Assembly: GCA_963674595.2 (NCBI GenBank)
Contig: CAXXFV010000023.1
Location: 480,001-544,000, forward strand
Length of the DNA stretch: 64,000 nucleotides
Direction: 5' to 3'
Source: a bacterium
Lineage (GTDB): Bacteria > Zhuqueibacterota > Zhuqueibacteria > Residuimicrobiales > Krinioviventaceae
Shown here: piece after piece, positions 30,667 through 40,429 of the stretch
Layout: every line of letters begins with the position of its first letter
How positions within the stretch are numbered: position 1 is the stretch's first letter
Notes under the pieces: model-generated
Seen by the model: the letters and a program-made list of their open reading frames with translations, nothing else
Told to the model about the DNA's origin: nothing
Database searches by the model: none
Position numbers and translations under genes: made by a program

Positions 30667-31317
30667 ATGTTTCGCAAAACAATATTTTCAAGTTTAATAA
30701 TTATATTTGCAGTTATGAATTCATTTGCTGATACAAATTTAAAAGATCGTTCGTCCGGTGTTGGTTTTAGGGCTTCTTATTGGTCCGGTTACAATGACCA
30801 GTCCGATTATACTGTTATTCACAAGGACGGCAGATCACATGTGGATATCGGCGGCGGCGGCGGCTGGTTGTCCTTCTTTTCCCGCATGAGCGAAAATGAT
30901 GTTCTTGAATTAAGTTTGGGCGCCCTGGGCAATGCTGAAACCAAAACTACTTATTATTACGGTGAAGACACCGATGTGAATGTTGTTGCCGCTGTAACAT
31001 TGGGTATTCGGCATGAGTTTTATTCTTTTTATCATAATAAAGCCATGGTCCCATACGTTACAGTAGGTGGCGGTCCCTATTGGGTCAGTGATATTTTAGT
31101 CAAGGACCGTGATTTTGATTATGATGATGAAGTTTTGGTACATACCAAGCTGCGTGCGGGAATGTATGCCGGTGCAGGCATGAATTTTATGCTCAGCAGT
31201 TGGTTCGGACTTGATTTTGACCTGCGCTATCATTTGATTAATTTTGACGTGAATAATGATTATAGCGGCTGGGAAACCGGATTAGGTTTTAATTTTTATT
31301 GGGGTTCATTTAATTAA
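30667..31317 (+). CDS. Outer-membrane beta-barrel protein (8-stranded type)
   Basis: Signal peptide from MFRKT; alternating strands, PYVTVGGG, terminal GLGFNFYW. Confidence 0.8.
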   Translation: MFRKTIFSSLIIIFAVMNSFADTNLKDRSSGVGFRASYWSGYNDQSDYTVIHKDGRSHVDIGGGGGWLSFFSRMSENDVLELSLGALGNAETKTTYYYGEDTDVNVVAAVTLGIRHEFYSFYHNKAMVPYVTVGGGPYWVSDILVKDRDFDYDDEVLVHTKLRAGMYAGAGMNFMLSSWFGLDFDLRYHLINFDVNNDYSGWETGLGFNFYWGSFN

Positions 31318-31338
31318 TTAAACGAAACGAGAGAGTAA

Positions 31339-32946
31339 ATGAAAGTATATATGTTGATGATTGTTATGTTTATGTTTGCAGCAGGTAAAAATACTCAACT
31401 ATTTGCCCAGGGCATGGTTCGGTCAACCGGTATTGGTGTCCGCGGAGGTTTTTGGGATGTCAGCGGTCAGTCAACACGTATTAATGTAAACTCTGATAAT
31501 GATAATCAACATGTACAGGTGAACGGCGCAGGGGGAGAGCTGTTCTTTTTTTCACGGGCGGCTAATAATTTGTTTTTTGAATTGAGTATTGGTGGTGCGG
31601 CAAATGTCGATGCCATTGGTTCGGAAAATGATGATGAACAAGATGTAGATGTGGAAACGATTATTCCGTTTCTATTAGGACTTCGGTATGACTTTTTGTC
31701 TTCTTACTTGTCCGGTTCTTTTCATCCCTATATTATCGGTGCTGCCGGGCCATATTGGTCTACATCTGTAAATTCAAAAACAACAACCGAAGGCACAACA
31801 GATTCGGAAGTTGCAACCGGACAGGCTTTTGGCGGATGTTTGGGTGGTGGTGTGAATATTATTCTATCCAGTTGGTTTGCTTTAAATTTTGATACACGAT
31901 ACCATTTTGTTGATATGAAATCCGACTATGATTATACCGGAATGCAGTTTGCCTTGGGTTGTTCATTTATGTGGGGTAAAAAACGAGAAGCCATCAAAGT
32001 TCTTGGTACAAAGATTATTGTACAAGAAATATATCCGGCTTATTACCAATTTTATTCCATATATCCGTTGGCTTATGTGACCGTTAAAAATATGCTGGGA
32101 AAGGCTGTTGAAGTTAATGTGCGTTGTTCTGTCAAAGGATATTCGGAGCGGCCAAAGGAGAGCGGATTTATAAGGCTGGAAGGCGGTGAAACGCAGGACA
32201 TCCCTGTTACTGTATTTTTTAGTCCGAAATTTTTACAGGTACCGCAAACTAAAACAGCCATACTCGATTTATTTCTGGAAGCCAGAGCGGCTTCTGTTTA
32301 TCGGCAAAATATCAGTCAGGAAATAGTCATACACAGCCGAAATGCCTGGAGCGGTGAAATGGATAAATTAACATTTTATCTGACACCGGAAGAACCGAAC
32401 GTTTTGAGCTTTGCCCGGCAGGCAACAGTAGCTGTTTCCCCGGACTCTGAAATTTTGTTACAGAAATTTAATTATGCTCAAAATATATTTAATGAACTGA
32501 CATTGAAAAATATAACCTATTTGCCGGACCCAAATGTTGTCTTTTATCAGGACGACAGGGTACAGTTTGCTGCTGAAACCTTGGATATGAGGCACGGAGA
32601 TTGTGATGATTTGGTTGTTCTCTATTGTTCACTTTTGGAAAGTCTTGGCATTCAAACAGCATTTATAGAAACAAGAGACCCTGAAAAAGAGATTGCGCAT
32701 CTGTATATGATGTTTGACAGCGGGCTGGATGTTTCTCAGGGAGACTTGATCAGCAGCAATGAAAAACGATACATTATTCGTGAAAATCAATCCGGTAAAA
32801 AACGTATCTGGGTCCCTGTGGAAACCACCCTTATACCCAAAGGTTTTGAACAGGCCTGGACTGAAGGAGCTACATCCTATTTGAAAGAAGGTGTTTTAAG
32901 AAACGGTCTTTCGGAGGGATGGGTAAAAGTGATTGATAATCACTAG
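31339..32946 (+). CDS. Outer-membrane beta-barrel fused to Ig-like and transglutaminase-like domains
   Basis: Signal peptide; barrel paralogous to the upstream gene; DRVQFAAETL..GDCDDLVVLYCSLLESLGI, AHLY and WVPVETT motifs. Confidence 0.8.
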   Translation: MKVYMLMIVMFMFAAGKNTQLFAQGMVRSTGIGVRGGFWDVSGQSTRINVNSDNDNQHVQVNGAGGELFFFSRAANNLFFELSIGGAANVDAIGSENDDEQDVDVETIIPFLLGLRYDFLSSYLSGSFHPYIIGAAGPYWSTSVNSKTTTEGTTDSEVATGQAFGGCLGGGVNIILSSWFALNFDTRYHFVDMKSDYDYTGMQFALGCSFMWGKKREAIKVLGTKIIVQEIYPAYYQFYSIYPLAYVTVKNMLGKAVEVNVRCSVKGYSERPKESGFIRLEGGETQDIPVTVFFSPKFLQVPQTKTAILDLFLEARAASVYRQNISQEIVIHSRNAWSGEMDKLTFYLTPEEPNVLSFARQATVAVSPDSEILLQKFNYAQNIFNELTLKNITYLPDPNVVFYQDDRVQFAAETLDMRHGDCDDLVVLYCSLLESLGIQTAFIETRDPEKEIAHLYMMFDSGLDVSQGDLISSNEKRYIIRENQSGKKRIWVPVETTLIPKGFEQAWTEGATSYLKEGVLRNGLSEGWVKVIDNH

Positions 32947-32959
32947 TTTGGAGAATATT

Positions 32960-33667
32960 ATGTTAAGGAAATTTAAAATGTTTTTTTCCGGTATACTGAT
33001 GACAAGTATAACGTTACTTTATGCTGAAGAAGCCGTTATTACAAAAATGAGCGGTGAAGTCAAAGTACGCCGGGGATTGGAAGAAGAATGGGTATCAGCG
33101 GCACCGGGTACATCTCTGGATGTCATGGATACTATATTGACCCTGGAAGGAAAAGTATTGTTAAAAATTCAGGATGGAACCAATTTTGAATTAGGAGAAA
33201 ATTCCATACTGGATATAAGTGATTTACGACGTGTGACGAAAAGAGAGATGTTTCTTTATCTCATGTCTGCAAAGGTCAATAAAATACAGCCTCGCAGTGA
33301 AAAAACAAAACTGCGGGTTGGAAATGTCAGTGTTGTGCACGGTGAATCGAAATTAAAAGATGAAACTGTTAAAGAAATAAATAATGATTCCTGGTCAAAA
33401 GAGTTTAACGGCGCTGTGGCGTTGTTTGACCAGCAATTTTATACAAACACAGTCATAAAGTTGTCCAAAATTAAAAATAAAAATTCGGAATTGAATGATT
33501 GTGGTCAAGTTGATCTCTATTTAGCAAAATCGTTTGAGCATCTCAATGAACCTGGCCAGGCTTTGGATGCGTATCAAACGGCTTTTGAAGAAATTAGTAA
33601 AAGTGAAACATGTCAAAAAAATAGTCTGTCTGATGTTGAGGCAGCCATACAACGTTTAAAAAAATAA
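32960..33667 (+). CDS. Periplasmic FecR-like plus TPR protein
   Basis: GEVKVRR...L..MDTILT..G.V.L...DGT...LGENS FecR-like beta domain; YLAKSFEHL..PGQALDAY TPR; GGAG RBS. Confidence 0.7.
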   Translation: MLRKFKMFFSGILMTSITLLYAEEAVITKMSGEVKVRRGLEEEWVSAAPGTSLDVMDTILTLEGKVLLKIQDGTNFELGENSILDISDLRRVTKREMFLYLMSAKVNKIQPRSEKTKLRVGNVSVVHGESKLKDETVKEINNDSWSKEFNGAVALFDQQFYTNTVIKLSKIKNKNSELNDCGQVDLYLAKSFEHLNEPGQALDAYQTAFEEISKSETCQKNSLSDVEAAIQRLKK

Positions 33668-33758
33668 GATATAGCGCTATAGCGGTATTGTTGTAATATC
33701 GCGAACCCGGGTTCTCTTTTAATATATATCACAACGTGATGACATTAAAGGAGAAGTC

Positions 33759-34550
33759 ATGAAAAGTTTAGTTTATTGTTGTTTGATATTTGTAATTATT
33801 TTTACTGTTGGTTGTGGAATCACCGATTCCGACTGGCAGGTTGAAAATACAGATTTTACTGCAGAATCCGAATTTGATTATGCAGTCAACATCATGGGGA
33901 AAAATCATCTTCATCTCGAATCCGTCAACGGACCGGTGCATGTCCATGCCGTTAAAGGTCTGGACCTGGTGGCCGTTAAGGGCGTCAAACGGGTTGGGTC
34001 TGAAACTCTTGAGGATGCGGAACATCATCTGAAATGTTTTGATGTGCAGGTTAGACAGGACCTTAATGCCGTGCATGTAAAAACATTGCACCCAAAAGAG
34101 ACCAATGGACGTGATTATTCTACAAGTTATAATGTAACGATACCACAGGATTGGTCCGTCGATATTGATCTGGTTAACGGGTCAGTTGATGTCGATTCTT
34201 GCCGGAACAATGTTTCTGTAGAGGTAACCAATGGTCCGGTAACGTTGGAGGCTGTTCAAGCAAATGTATATGTTCGCACCACAAACGGACAGATACAAAG
34301 TGATCTTGTTCTGCCGGAAAACGGTTTGGCTGACCTTAAAACGACCAACGGATTTGTATCGCTTTTGCTGCCAAAAACAACCTGTGCTTCTTTTGCCGCT
34401 CAAGTTGATAATGGAGTTGTTCAATTTTTAGAGTTTCCTTTAACAATTGATAATTCTTCATCGACTCATGTGCGTGGTTATAGCGGTAACGCAAACGGCC
34501 GGATTTTATTACGTGCGATAAATGGAAATATTTTCGTTTACGGAAAATAA
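33759..34550 (+). CDS. DUF4097 (adhesin-like beta-strand repeat) lipoprotein
   Basis: Lipobox TVGC; repeated VNG/TNG motifs. Confidence 0.8.
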   Translation: MKSLVYCCLIFVIIFTVGCGITDSDWQVENTDFTAESEFDYAVNIMGKNHLHLESVNGPVHVHAVKGLDLVAVKGVKRVGSETLEDAEHHLKCFDVQVRQDLNAVHVKTLHPKETNGRDYSTSYNVTIPQDWSVDIDLVNGSVDVDSCRNNVSVEVTNGPVTLEAVQANVYVRTTNGQIQSDLVLPENGLADLKTTNGFVSLLLPKTTCASFAAQVDNGVVQFLEFPLTIDNSSSTHVRGYSGNANGRILLRAINGNIFVYGK

Positions 34551-34635
34551 TGTGCAGAAATTAAAATTGATTCGCTTGTTTTATCAGGCAATGTAGTAAC
34601 CCTATTTTACAAAATACACTTTTGGAAGGAATGAA

Positions 34636-36927
34636 ATGAAAAAAATTATTTGTATATGTATGCTTTTTTTTGCGGCGGTTCAAAGTTTTTCAGCGTCAAT
34701 GATCGCTACAACAGTCAGCGGCTATGTTAAAGATGCATCAAACGGCGAGGCACTTATCGGCGCCAATGTCTTTTTTAAAGATACTTATCTGGGATGCAGC
34801 AGCAATAACAGTGGATACTTTGTTATTCCCGATATTCCGGCAGGAAAATACACCCTGGTTGTATCCATGTTGGGTTATAAAATGTATTATAAAAATATTA
34901 CCATCAACAGAGGTCAAAACATTCAGCAAAACGTTATTCTGGAAGAAGAACCTTTATTGACTGAAGAAATTGTTGTGACGGCGGATTCGGTTCCCACTGT
35001 TGAAAAATTGTTTAGAAAATCGATTTCAAAAATTGAAATGTCGCCGCAACAATTAAAAAGGGTCCCGCAAATTGCTGAAGCGGATTTAATGCGTACACTG
35101 GTAACATTACCGGGAATTGTACCACTTTCCGATTATTCTTCTGCCCTGTACGTTCGCGGTGGTACACCAGACCAAAATTTAATATTGTTGGACGGCACAG
35201 ATGTATATAATCCCGAACATGCATTCGGTCTTTTTTCCACTTTTAATACAGATGCTATTAAACATGTGGAAATACATAAAGGCGGGTTCGGTCCCGAATA
35301 CGGCGGCAGATTGTCATCTGTTCTGGATGTAACCAACCTTGACGGAAACAGGGAAGAGTTTGAATGTTCTACTTCTATAAGCATGTTGTCTGCTAAAACA
35401 ACCATGCAAATGCCGGTGGGCAAAAAAGGTTCTGTCTCCGGTTCCATAAGACGTACCTATTTTGACAAAACGGTCGCCAAAGTCATTGATGATATTCCTG
35501 ATTATTATTACTGGGATGGCAATTTTAAGGCTTTTTATGAAATTAACAAGAACAACAAATTAACACTAAGCACCTATGGCGGTCGTGATGCGCTTGATTT
35601 GGTATTCAACAACAACTCGACCGAACAGACCGGGTTTTTATATGACTGGGGCAATAAAACCGGAAGTGCTAAATGGACGCATATTTTTTCGCCTCAATTG
35701 TTTTCCAATTTTTGGATTACAGGAAGCGAATTTACATCCAATTTTGATATGGACTTTATTGAATTGCAGGAAATTAATGATTTGAACGATGTAACCATCA
35801 AAGGAAACCTGGAATACTATTATTCACAACAAATGGCTGTCAAGTTTGGTTTTGAACAGAAATTTTTAAATAACGAGTACGAATTTAGTGGTGAACATAC
35901 CAATACAATCCGAATCAAGAGCAAACCGGAACACAGTGTTGGTTACGGAAAGATTGAATGGACACCAACACCATTAATAAATATTGAAACCGGACTTCGG
36001 TACAATTATTTCAGGTCTGATGAAATTTTTCAAAATGTTGAGCCCCGTTTTTCCGCCAAGTACAGGATAACGGACAAAGCGAATATAAAAGCCGCCACTG
36101 GTGTGTATTATCAATATTTACATCATGTACCACGATTTTTATTTGCTGATATATGGACGACATCCAATAAATTTCAGAAACCGTCCAAAGCTATTCACTT
36201 TATTTTGGGTTATCAACAGGAATTAGCCAAAGACATAGAGTTTGAGGTAGAAACATTTTACAAGGATTATAAAAATCTATATTCCTATAATGAAAACATA
36301 GCGGCTGATGTTACGGCAATTGAATATGATGAGGAAGGACTGCCGATTTATACACAAACCGAAGGTGTGTTTAACCGGGCAGACGGCTGTTCCTATGGTT
36401 TTGAATTGTTGGTCCGCAAAAATTTTGGCCGAATCAACGGCTGGGTAGGGTATTCTTTATCAAGAACAGAGTATCAATTTGATGTTTTGAATCAGCAGCG
36501 CTGGTTTGCTCCGCGTCATGACCGAACCTCAACATTGAATGTTGTTGCCAATTATAACAAAAAAATGGCAGGTGGTAAATGGACTTTTGGATTTAATTTT
36601 GTCTATTCCAGTGGACAGCCGTTTACGGAACCCGGCTCGGCGTATTATATTTCTTCTTCACCGATGGCGCCCATACCATTCGTGGAATATGCGCCAACGC
36701 AAATTAATAATATCCGTTTTCCATATTATGCCCGGCTGGATATCAGCATCGCTTACTTGAAGCAATACAGCAATTGGAGCCTTGAACCTTATCTGCAAAT
36801 TTATAACGTCGGAAACCGCCGAAATGTCTGGTTTGTTGATTATGACTATGATAATGGCGTCCCGGATTTTGAAGAAATTTATATGCTGCCTATTTTACCG
36901 ACTATCGGATTTAATATCCGTTTCTAA
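34636..36927 (+). CDS. TonB-dependent receptor with N-terminal carboxypeptidase-regulatory-like domain
   Basis: SGYVKDASNGEALIGANV, YVRGGTPDQNLILLDG, GGRLSSV, C-terminal GFNIRF. Confidence 0.93.
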   Translation: MKKIICICMLFFAAVQSFSASMIATTVSGYVKDASNGEALIGANVFFKDTYLGCSSNNSGYFVIPDIPAGKYTLVVSMLGYKMYYKNITINRGQNIQQNVILEEEPLLTEEIVVTADSVPTVEKLFRKSISKIEMSPQQLKRVPQIAEADLMRTLVTLPGIVPLSDYSSALYVRGGTPDQNLILLDGTDVYNPEHAFGLFSTFNTDAIKHVEIHKGGFGPEYGGRLSSVLDVTNLDGNREEFECSTSISMLSAKTTMQMPVGKKGSVSGSIRRTYFDKTVAKVIDDIPDYYYWDGNFKAFYEINKNNKLTLSTYGGRDALDLVFNNNSTEQTGFLYDWGNKTGSAKWTHIFSPQLFSNFWITGSEFTSNFDMDFIELQEINDLNDVTIKGNLEYYYSQQMAVKFGFEQKFLNNEYEFSGEHTNTIRIKSKPEHSVGYGKIEWTPTPLINIETGLRYNYFRSDEIFQNVEPRFSAKYRITDKANIKAATGVYYQYLHHVPRFLFADIWTTSNKFQKPSKAIHFILGYQQELAKDIEFEVETFYKDYKNLYSYNENIAADVTAIEYDEEGLPIYTQTEGVFNRADGCSYGFELLVRKNFGRINGWVGYSLSRTEYQFDVLNQQRWFAPRHDRTSTLNVVANYNKKMAGGKWTFGFNFVYSSGQPFTEPGSAYYISSSPMAPIPFVEYAPTQINNIRFPYYARLDISIAYLKQYSNWSLEPYLQIYNVGNRRNVWFVDYDYDNGVPDFEEIYMLPILPTIGFNIRF

Positions 36928-36950
36928 CTAATGAACACAGGAGTTTTATA

Positions 36951-37871
36951 ATGAAAAAAATCATTTTTTATTGTTTTATATTGTCATTTACTTTAATCTT
37001 TGCTTGTGGTAAAAGTATTGTTTCGGTAACAAACGAGAGTTATGAACCGAAAATTGTTGTGCAGGGATATTTAACAGCCAATCTCCCCATTCAAGATATA
37101 ATTATTACCCGTAACTTTCCTGTTGGTTCAAATCTTGAAAAGATGAATATTTTCCCGGATGTTAATACCACATCAGTAACAGTAGAAAACCTGACCGACC
37201 AGAAAATTTACACTCTTTCTTTTAAAGCGTCTGAAAATGGTAAAACAAATGAAGGAAGTTGGTGTTGTTTAGATCCGGGTGTGCGGGTTGAATATGGCAA
37301 AACATATCGTTTGAACGTATCTGCAACAGTTGAGGGGACAAAATTAAATACCAGTTCCACAACAACTGTTCCAAATGAAGGACTTGCTATTGTGTCTGTA
37401 AATTATGATAAACTGACATATCGCCAAAAAGATTACAATGATCATGTGATGAGTTTTAGTGTAACTTTTGGTCGTTCACCGGAAACGGATTTTTATTTAT
37501 ATGGAATAATGGCTGTTGATGCCCATCCGGATTCGTTCATTTATGATAATCCGGTTCTGGATTATGATCGGGAAGATGTTGTAAAAGACCTGGAAGACCT
37601 GAAATACACTCATGACTGGAACCAAAATTTGGATCCTGATTTAGACAGAATAACGACCTATCTGGATTGGTTTAGTTTCTGGTTTTATGGAAATTATCAA
37701 ATTACTGTTTACGCGGTGGATAAAAATTATGCACGGTTTTTACAAACCTATAATGATGTTCAGGAAATGGATGGTAATTTTCATGAGGCGAGATTTTGTT
37801 TTGAGGGTGACGGTATCGGCGTTTTTGGCTCTGTTGTTGCCGATACTGTCAGTGTAAAGATTGTGCATTAA
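36951..37871 (+). CDS. DUF4249 family lipoprotein
   Basis: Lipobox IFAC, PKIVVQGYL, GKTYRLNV, GIGVFG; follows the TBDR as is typical. Confidence 0.8.
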   Translation: MKKIIFYCFILSFTLIFACGKSIVSVTNESYEPKIVVQGYLTANLPIQDIIITRNFPVGSNLEKMNIFPDVNTTSVTVENLTDQKIYTLSFKASENGKTNEGSWCCLDPGVRVEYGKTYRLNVSATVEGTKLNTSSTTTVPNEGLAIVSVNYDKLTYRQKDYNDHVMSFSVTFGRSPETDFYLYGIMAVDAHPDSFIYDNPVLDYDREDVVKDLEDLKYTHDWNQNLDPDLDRITTYLDWFSFWFYGNYQITVYAVDKNYARFLQTYNDVQEMDGNFHEARFCFEGDGIGVFGSVVADTVSVKIVH

Positions 37872-37892
37872 AAAAAATTAAGATAGTTTGAA

Positions 37893-37923
37893 TTGACCGG
37901 TGCAGTAAAGCTGCACCGGTTAA
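37893..37923. terminator. Bidirectional terminator
   Basis: TTGACCGGTGCAG-TAAAG-CTGCACCGGTTAA between convergent genes. Confidence 0.75.
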
Positions 37924-37931
37924 AAGGTTTT

Positions 37932-39086
37932 TTACTTGCTGTAAATTTTGCTAATTATTTTCCCTGATGTATTTATATAATAGGCTTTGTCCTTTTTAAT
38001 CACAATCGCTATTCCATTATAAAATGGATAGGCAACATCATAATTATCGTTCAAAATTATTTCATCTTTTTGATTTATATAAACCCAGCCGATTTCGTTC
38101 AACACCGGTGCCAATCCATTATTAAAACTTGCACCGGTTTTATACGTCGGTTCCAGAACAAATTCACCTTGTTTGTCGATATATCCGGTTTTGTCATTGT
38201 ATTTTACACACGATAGATTTTGAGAAAAATTTGCGGCAAAATCAAATTTGGGGTCAATAATCCATTCACCGTCTTTATTGATAAATCCCATTTTGTCATC
38301 AACACACACTCTGGCCAGACCTTCATCAAAAGCCCATGCTTTCTGAAATTGTGGTTCTATGACAACAGAGCCTTGTTTGTTTATATAGCCAAATTTTCCA
38401 TCCAAAGAAATGGCCGCCAAACCTTCTTTAAAATCGCCTGCCTGATCAAATTGTGGTTCAATTTGGAAATTTCCTTTTTTGTCGATAAATCCAAATTTTT
38501 TCTTGATTTGAACTCTGGCCAAATCCTCGGAAAAAGGTCCGACATAATCAAATTGTGGTTCAATTTGTATCGTGCCGTTTTTATTTAAATAACCGTATTT
38601 ATAATCCCAAAAGACAAAAAAAGCTCTTTTTTTCATTTTTACCTGCAACAAACCTTCTTTACAGTCGCCGATCCAGTTAAAATATCCCTGGAATATTGTT
38701 TCCCCTTTGTAATTAATTCCTATTAATCTATCACCGAGTTGAGTTTTTAATAAATTTTTTTCCTCGATTGTTGTTATACCTTCTGAAAATCTGTAATTCG
38801 TTGGGGGCATTTTAACATCGGATGTTTTGTTTTCAAAATGGATTTTTATCGATTCGGGGTCTAATTTTCTTTCAGTATCCAAAAGAATTTTCCCTGTTGA
38901 GTCAATATAACAGAGTTTTTTATCTTTAATGATCGGTATAAAATATTTATCTGCTTCCAACTGTTCTGTTAAATTGGTTTCATTATCATTTACACTGTCT
39001 TTTTGTTTTAATATCAGTTCATCGCCAAAAACTGCATTCGATAATAGTAAAATAAATAGAGAAAAGCTTATAATGCCCTTTTTCAT
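37932..39086 (-). CDS. WG repeat protein
   Basis: Repeated FSEGLA.V....KxGYIxKxG...IEPQFD. Confidence 0.92.
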   Translation of the reverse strand: MKKGIISFSLFILLLSNAVFGDELILKQKDSVNDNETNLTEQLEADKYFIPIIKDKKLCYIDSTGKILLDTERKLDPESIKIHFENKTSDVKMPPTNYRFSEGITTIEEKNLLKTQLGDRLIGINYKGETIFQGYFNWIGDCKEGLLQVKMKKRAFFVFWDYKYGYLNKNGTIQIEPQFDYVGPFSEDLARVQIKKKFGFIDKKGNFQIEPQFDQAGDFKEGLAAISLDGKFGYINKQGSVVIEPQFQKAWAFDEGLARVCVDDKMGFINKDGEWIIDPKFDFAANFSQNLSCVKYNDKTGYIDKQGEFVLEPTYKTGASFNNGLAPVLNEIGWVYINQKDEIILNDNYDVAYPFYNGIAIVIKKDKAYYINTSGKIISKIYSK

Positions 39087-39190
39087 AGGACCTCCATTTA
39101 GTAATTTTTATAAGTAATGGGTTGGTTTCTTGGTGCCGATTTCTGGGAGGAGTAAACTCTAAAGCGCCAAGGTTCACCAACTTTAGCTCT

Positions 39191-39760
39191 TTATTTTAAT
39201 CCTAATTTTTTACCTTCTGCTAATAACTGTATCGATTCCTTGATCCGTTTATCTCTGGTTTCGGGACGTTTTGCCGTAACGATCCACAAAAGATACTGTT
39301 TTTGTTGACTTGATGTCAGGTTGTTAAACGTTGTTTTGGCCTGCGGATTGTTTTGCAGGGCCTCAATAAATTCAGGCGGCATTGTTAAATCAAACTTGGG
39401 TTTCTGGGTTGGAGAATCCCAATTGCCGGACTGTTTTGCCGCATTCACCTTTTTCAAGCCGTGTTCCGTCATTCGTCCGTCCTGAATCAGTTCTTCAACA
39501 CGCTTTTTATTCACCAGGGACCATTTGCTGTTGTCTTTTCTGGGTGTAAACTTGCGTGCATATTTTTCTTCATCAATTTTTTTAATCAGACTGTCCACCC
39601 AGCCAAAACAGAGGGCTTCGTCCAGTGAATCCTTGTATTCGATGCATGGGATGCCTGTTGCTTTTTTATGAAATATTAACCAGATTTCATTTTCTTTATC
39701 ATGGTTCTCAGACAGCCATGCCTGCCATTCTGATGGGTTTTTAAATTCAATGGTTTTCAT
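39191..39760 (-). CDS. YdeI/OmpD-associated family protein
   Basis: WLSENH, EALCFGWVDS, FTPRK..SKWS, AKRPETR. Confidence 0.92.
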   Translation of the reverse strand: MKTIEFKNPSEWQAWLSENHDKENEIWLIFHKKATGIPCIEYKDSLDEALCFGWVDSLIKKIDEEKYARKFTPRKDNSKWSLVNKKRVEELIQDGRMTEHGLKKVNAAKQSGNWDSPTQKPKFDLTMPPEFIEALQNNPQAKTTFNNLTSSQQKQYLLWIVTAKRPETRDKRIKESIQLLAEGKKLGLK

Positions 39761-39784
39761 ATATATTATTTCCCAGTTATATTT

Positions 39785-40294
39785 TTATTTTTCAGCATCC
39801 TTGTTTTTTTTGAATTCGCGCTGACCGCGTAAAGCAGCGGTGTCGTCCGTGATTTTATCCTGCCATCCTGATCGTACGTTATCTCGCCTGTCAAAACGGC
39901 CGACGTAAGGTTTTATGTCGATGACCGGTGTCCCGTCAAGCATGTCAACGTCTTCAATGTTGAGAACATTGCCTTTAACGGAAATTAATTTTACAATGCT
40001 GAAACCGATTTTATTGGGTCTGACAGGAGCCCTGGTAGCAAAAACTCCATGGGGTGTATCTTCTAAAAAGGGGCATACCGTCAGTCTGGTTTCTTTGGCT
40101 TTGTGAAACATATAAAGCACATAGATGTGAGAAAAGCCTTCCAGGTCCAGCAGGCCTTCGCAATAATCGTTTTCGAGTATAATTTGTCCCTTGATCTCTT
40201 TTGCAAACACGGGCTGAATCGGTGTTTCGGCGGGGACGGTATGCGGGGACCGGACAAAGCCGATTGACTTTACTAAAAATTCATCACGTTTCAT
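39785..40294 (-). CDS. trmO: tRNA (N6-threonylcarbamoyladenosine(37)-N6)-methyltransferase TrmO/TsaA
   Basis: FSHIYV, GVFATRAPVRPN, DMLDGTPVIDIKPY. Confidence 0.9.
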   Translation of the reverse strand: MKRDEFLVKSIGFVRSPHTVPAETPIQPVFAKEIKGQIILENDYCEGLLDLEGFSHIYVLYMFHKAKETRLTVCPFLEDTPHGVFATRAPVRPNKIGFSIVKLISVKGNVLNIEDVDMLDGTPVIDIKPYVGRFDRRDNVRSGWQDKITDDTAALRGQREFKKNKDAEK

Positions 40295-40429
40295 TTTTTC
40301 CCTGTTGTTATAAATTTATGCTTTTTTTACACAGTTTTGGAATGTTTTGTAAAACAAATGTCCGGGTACAAAATCCCACGATACGCGACGGGTTCGGGTG
40401 GTGTGGGAGTGGGAGAGTAAAACTCCCAT

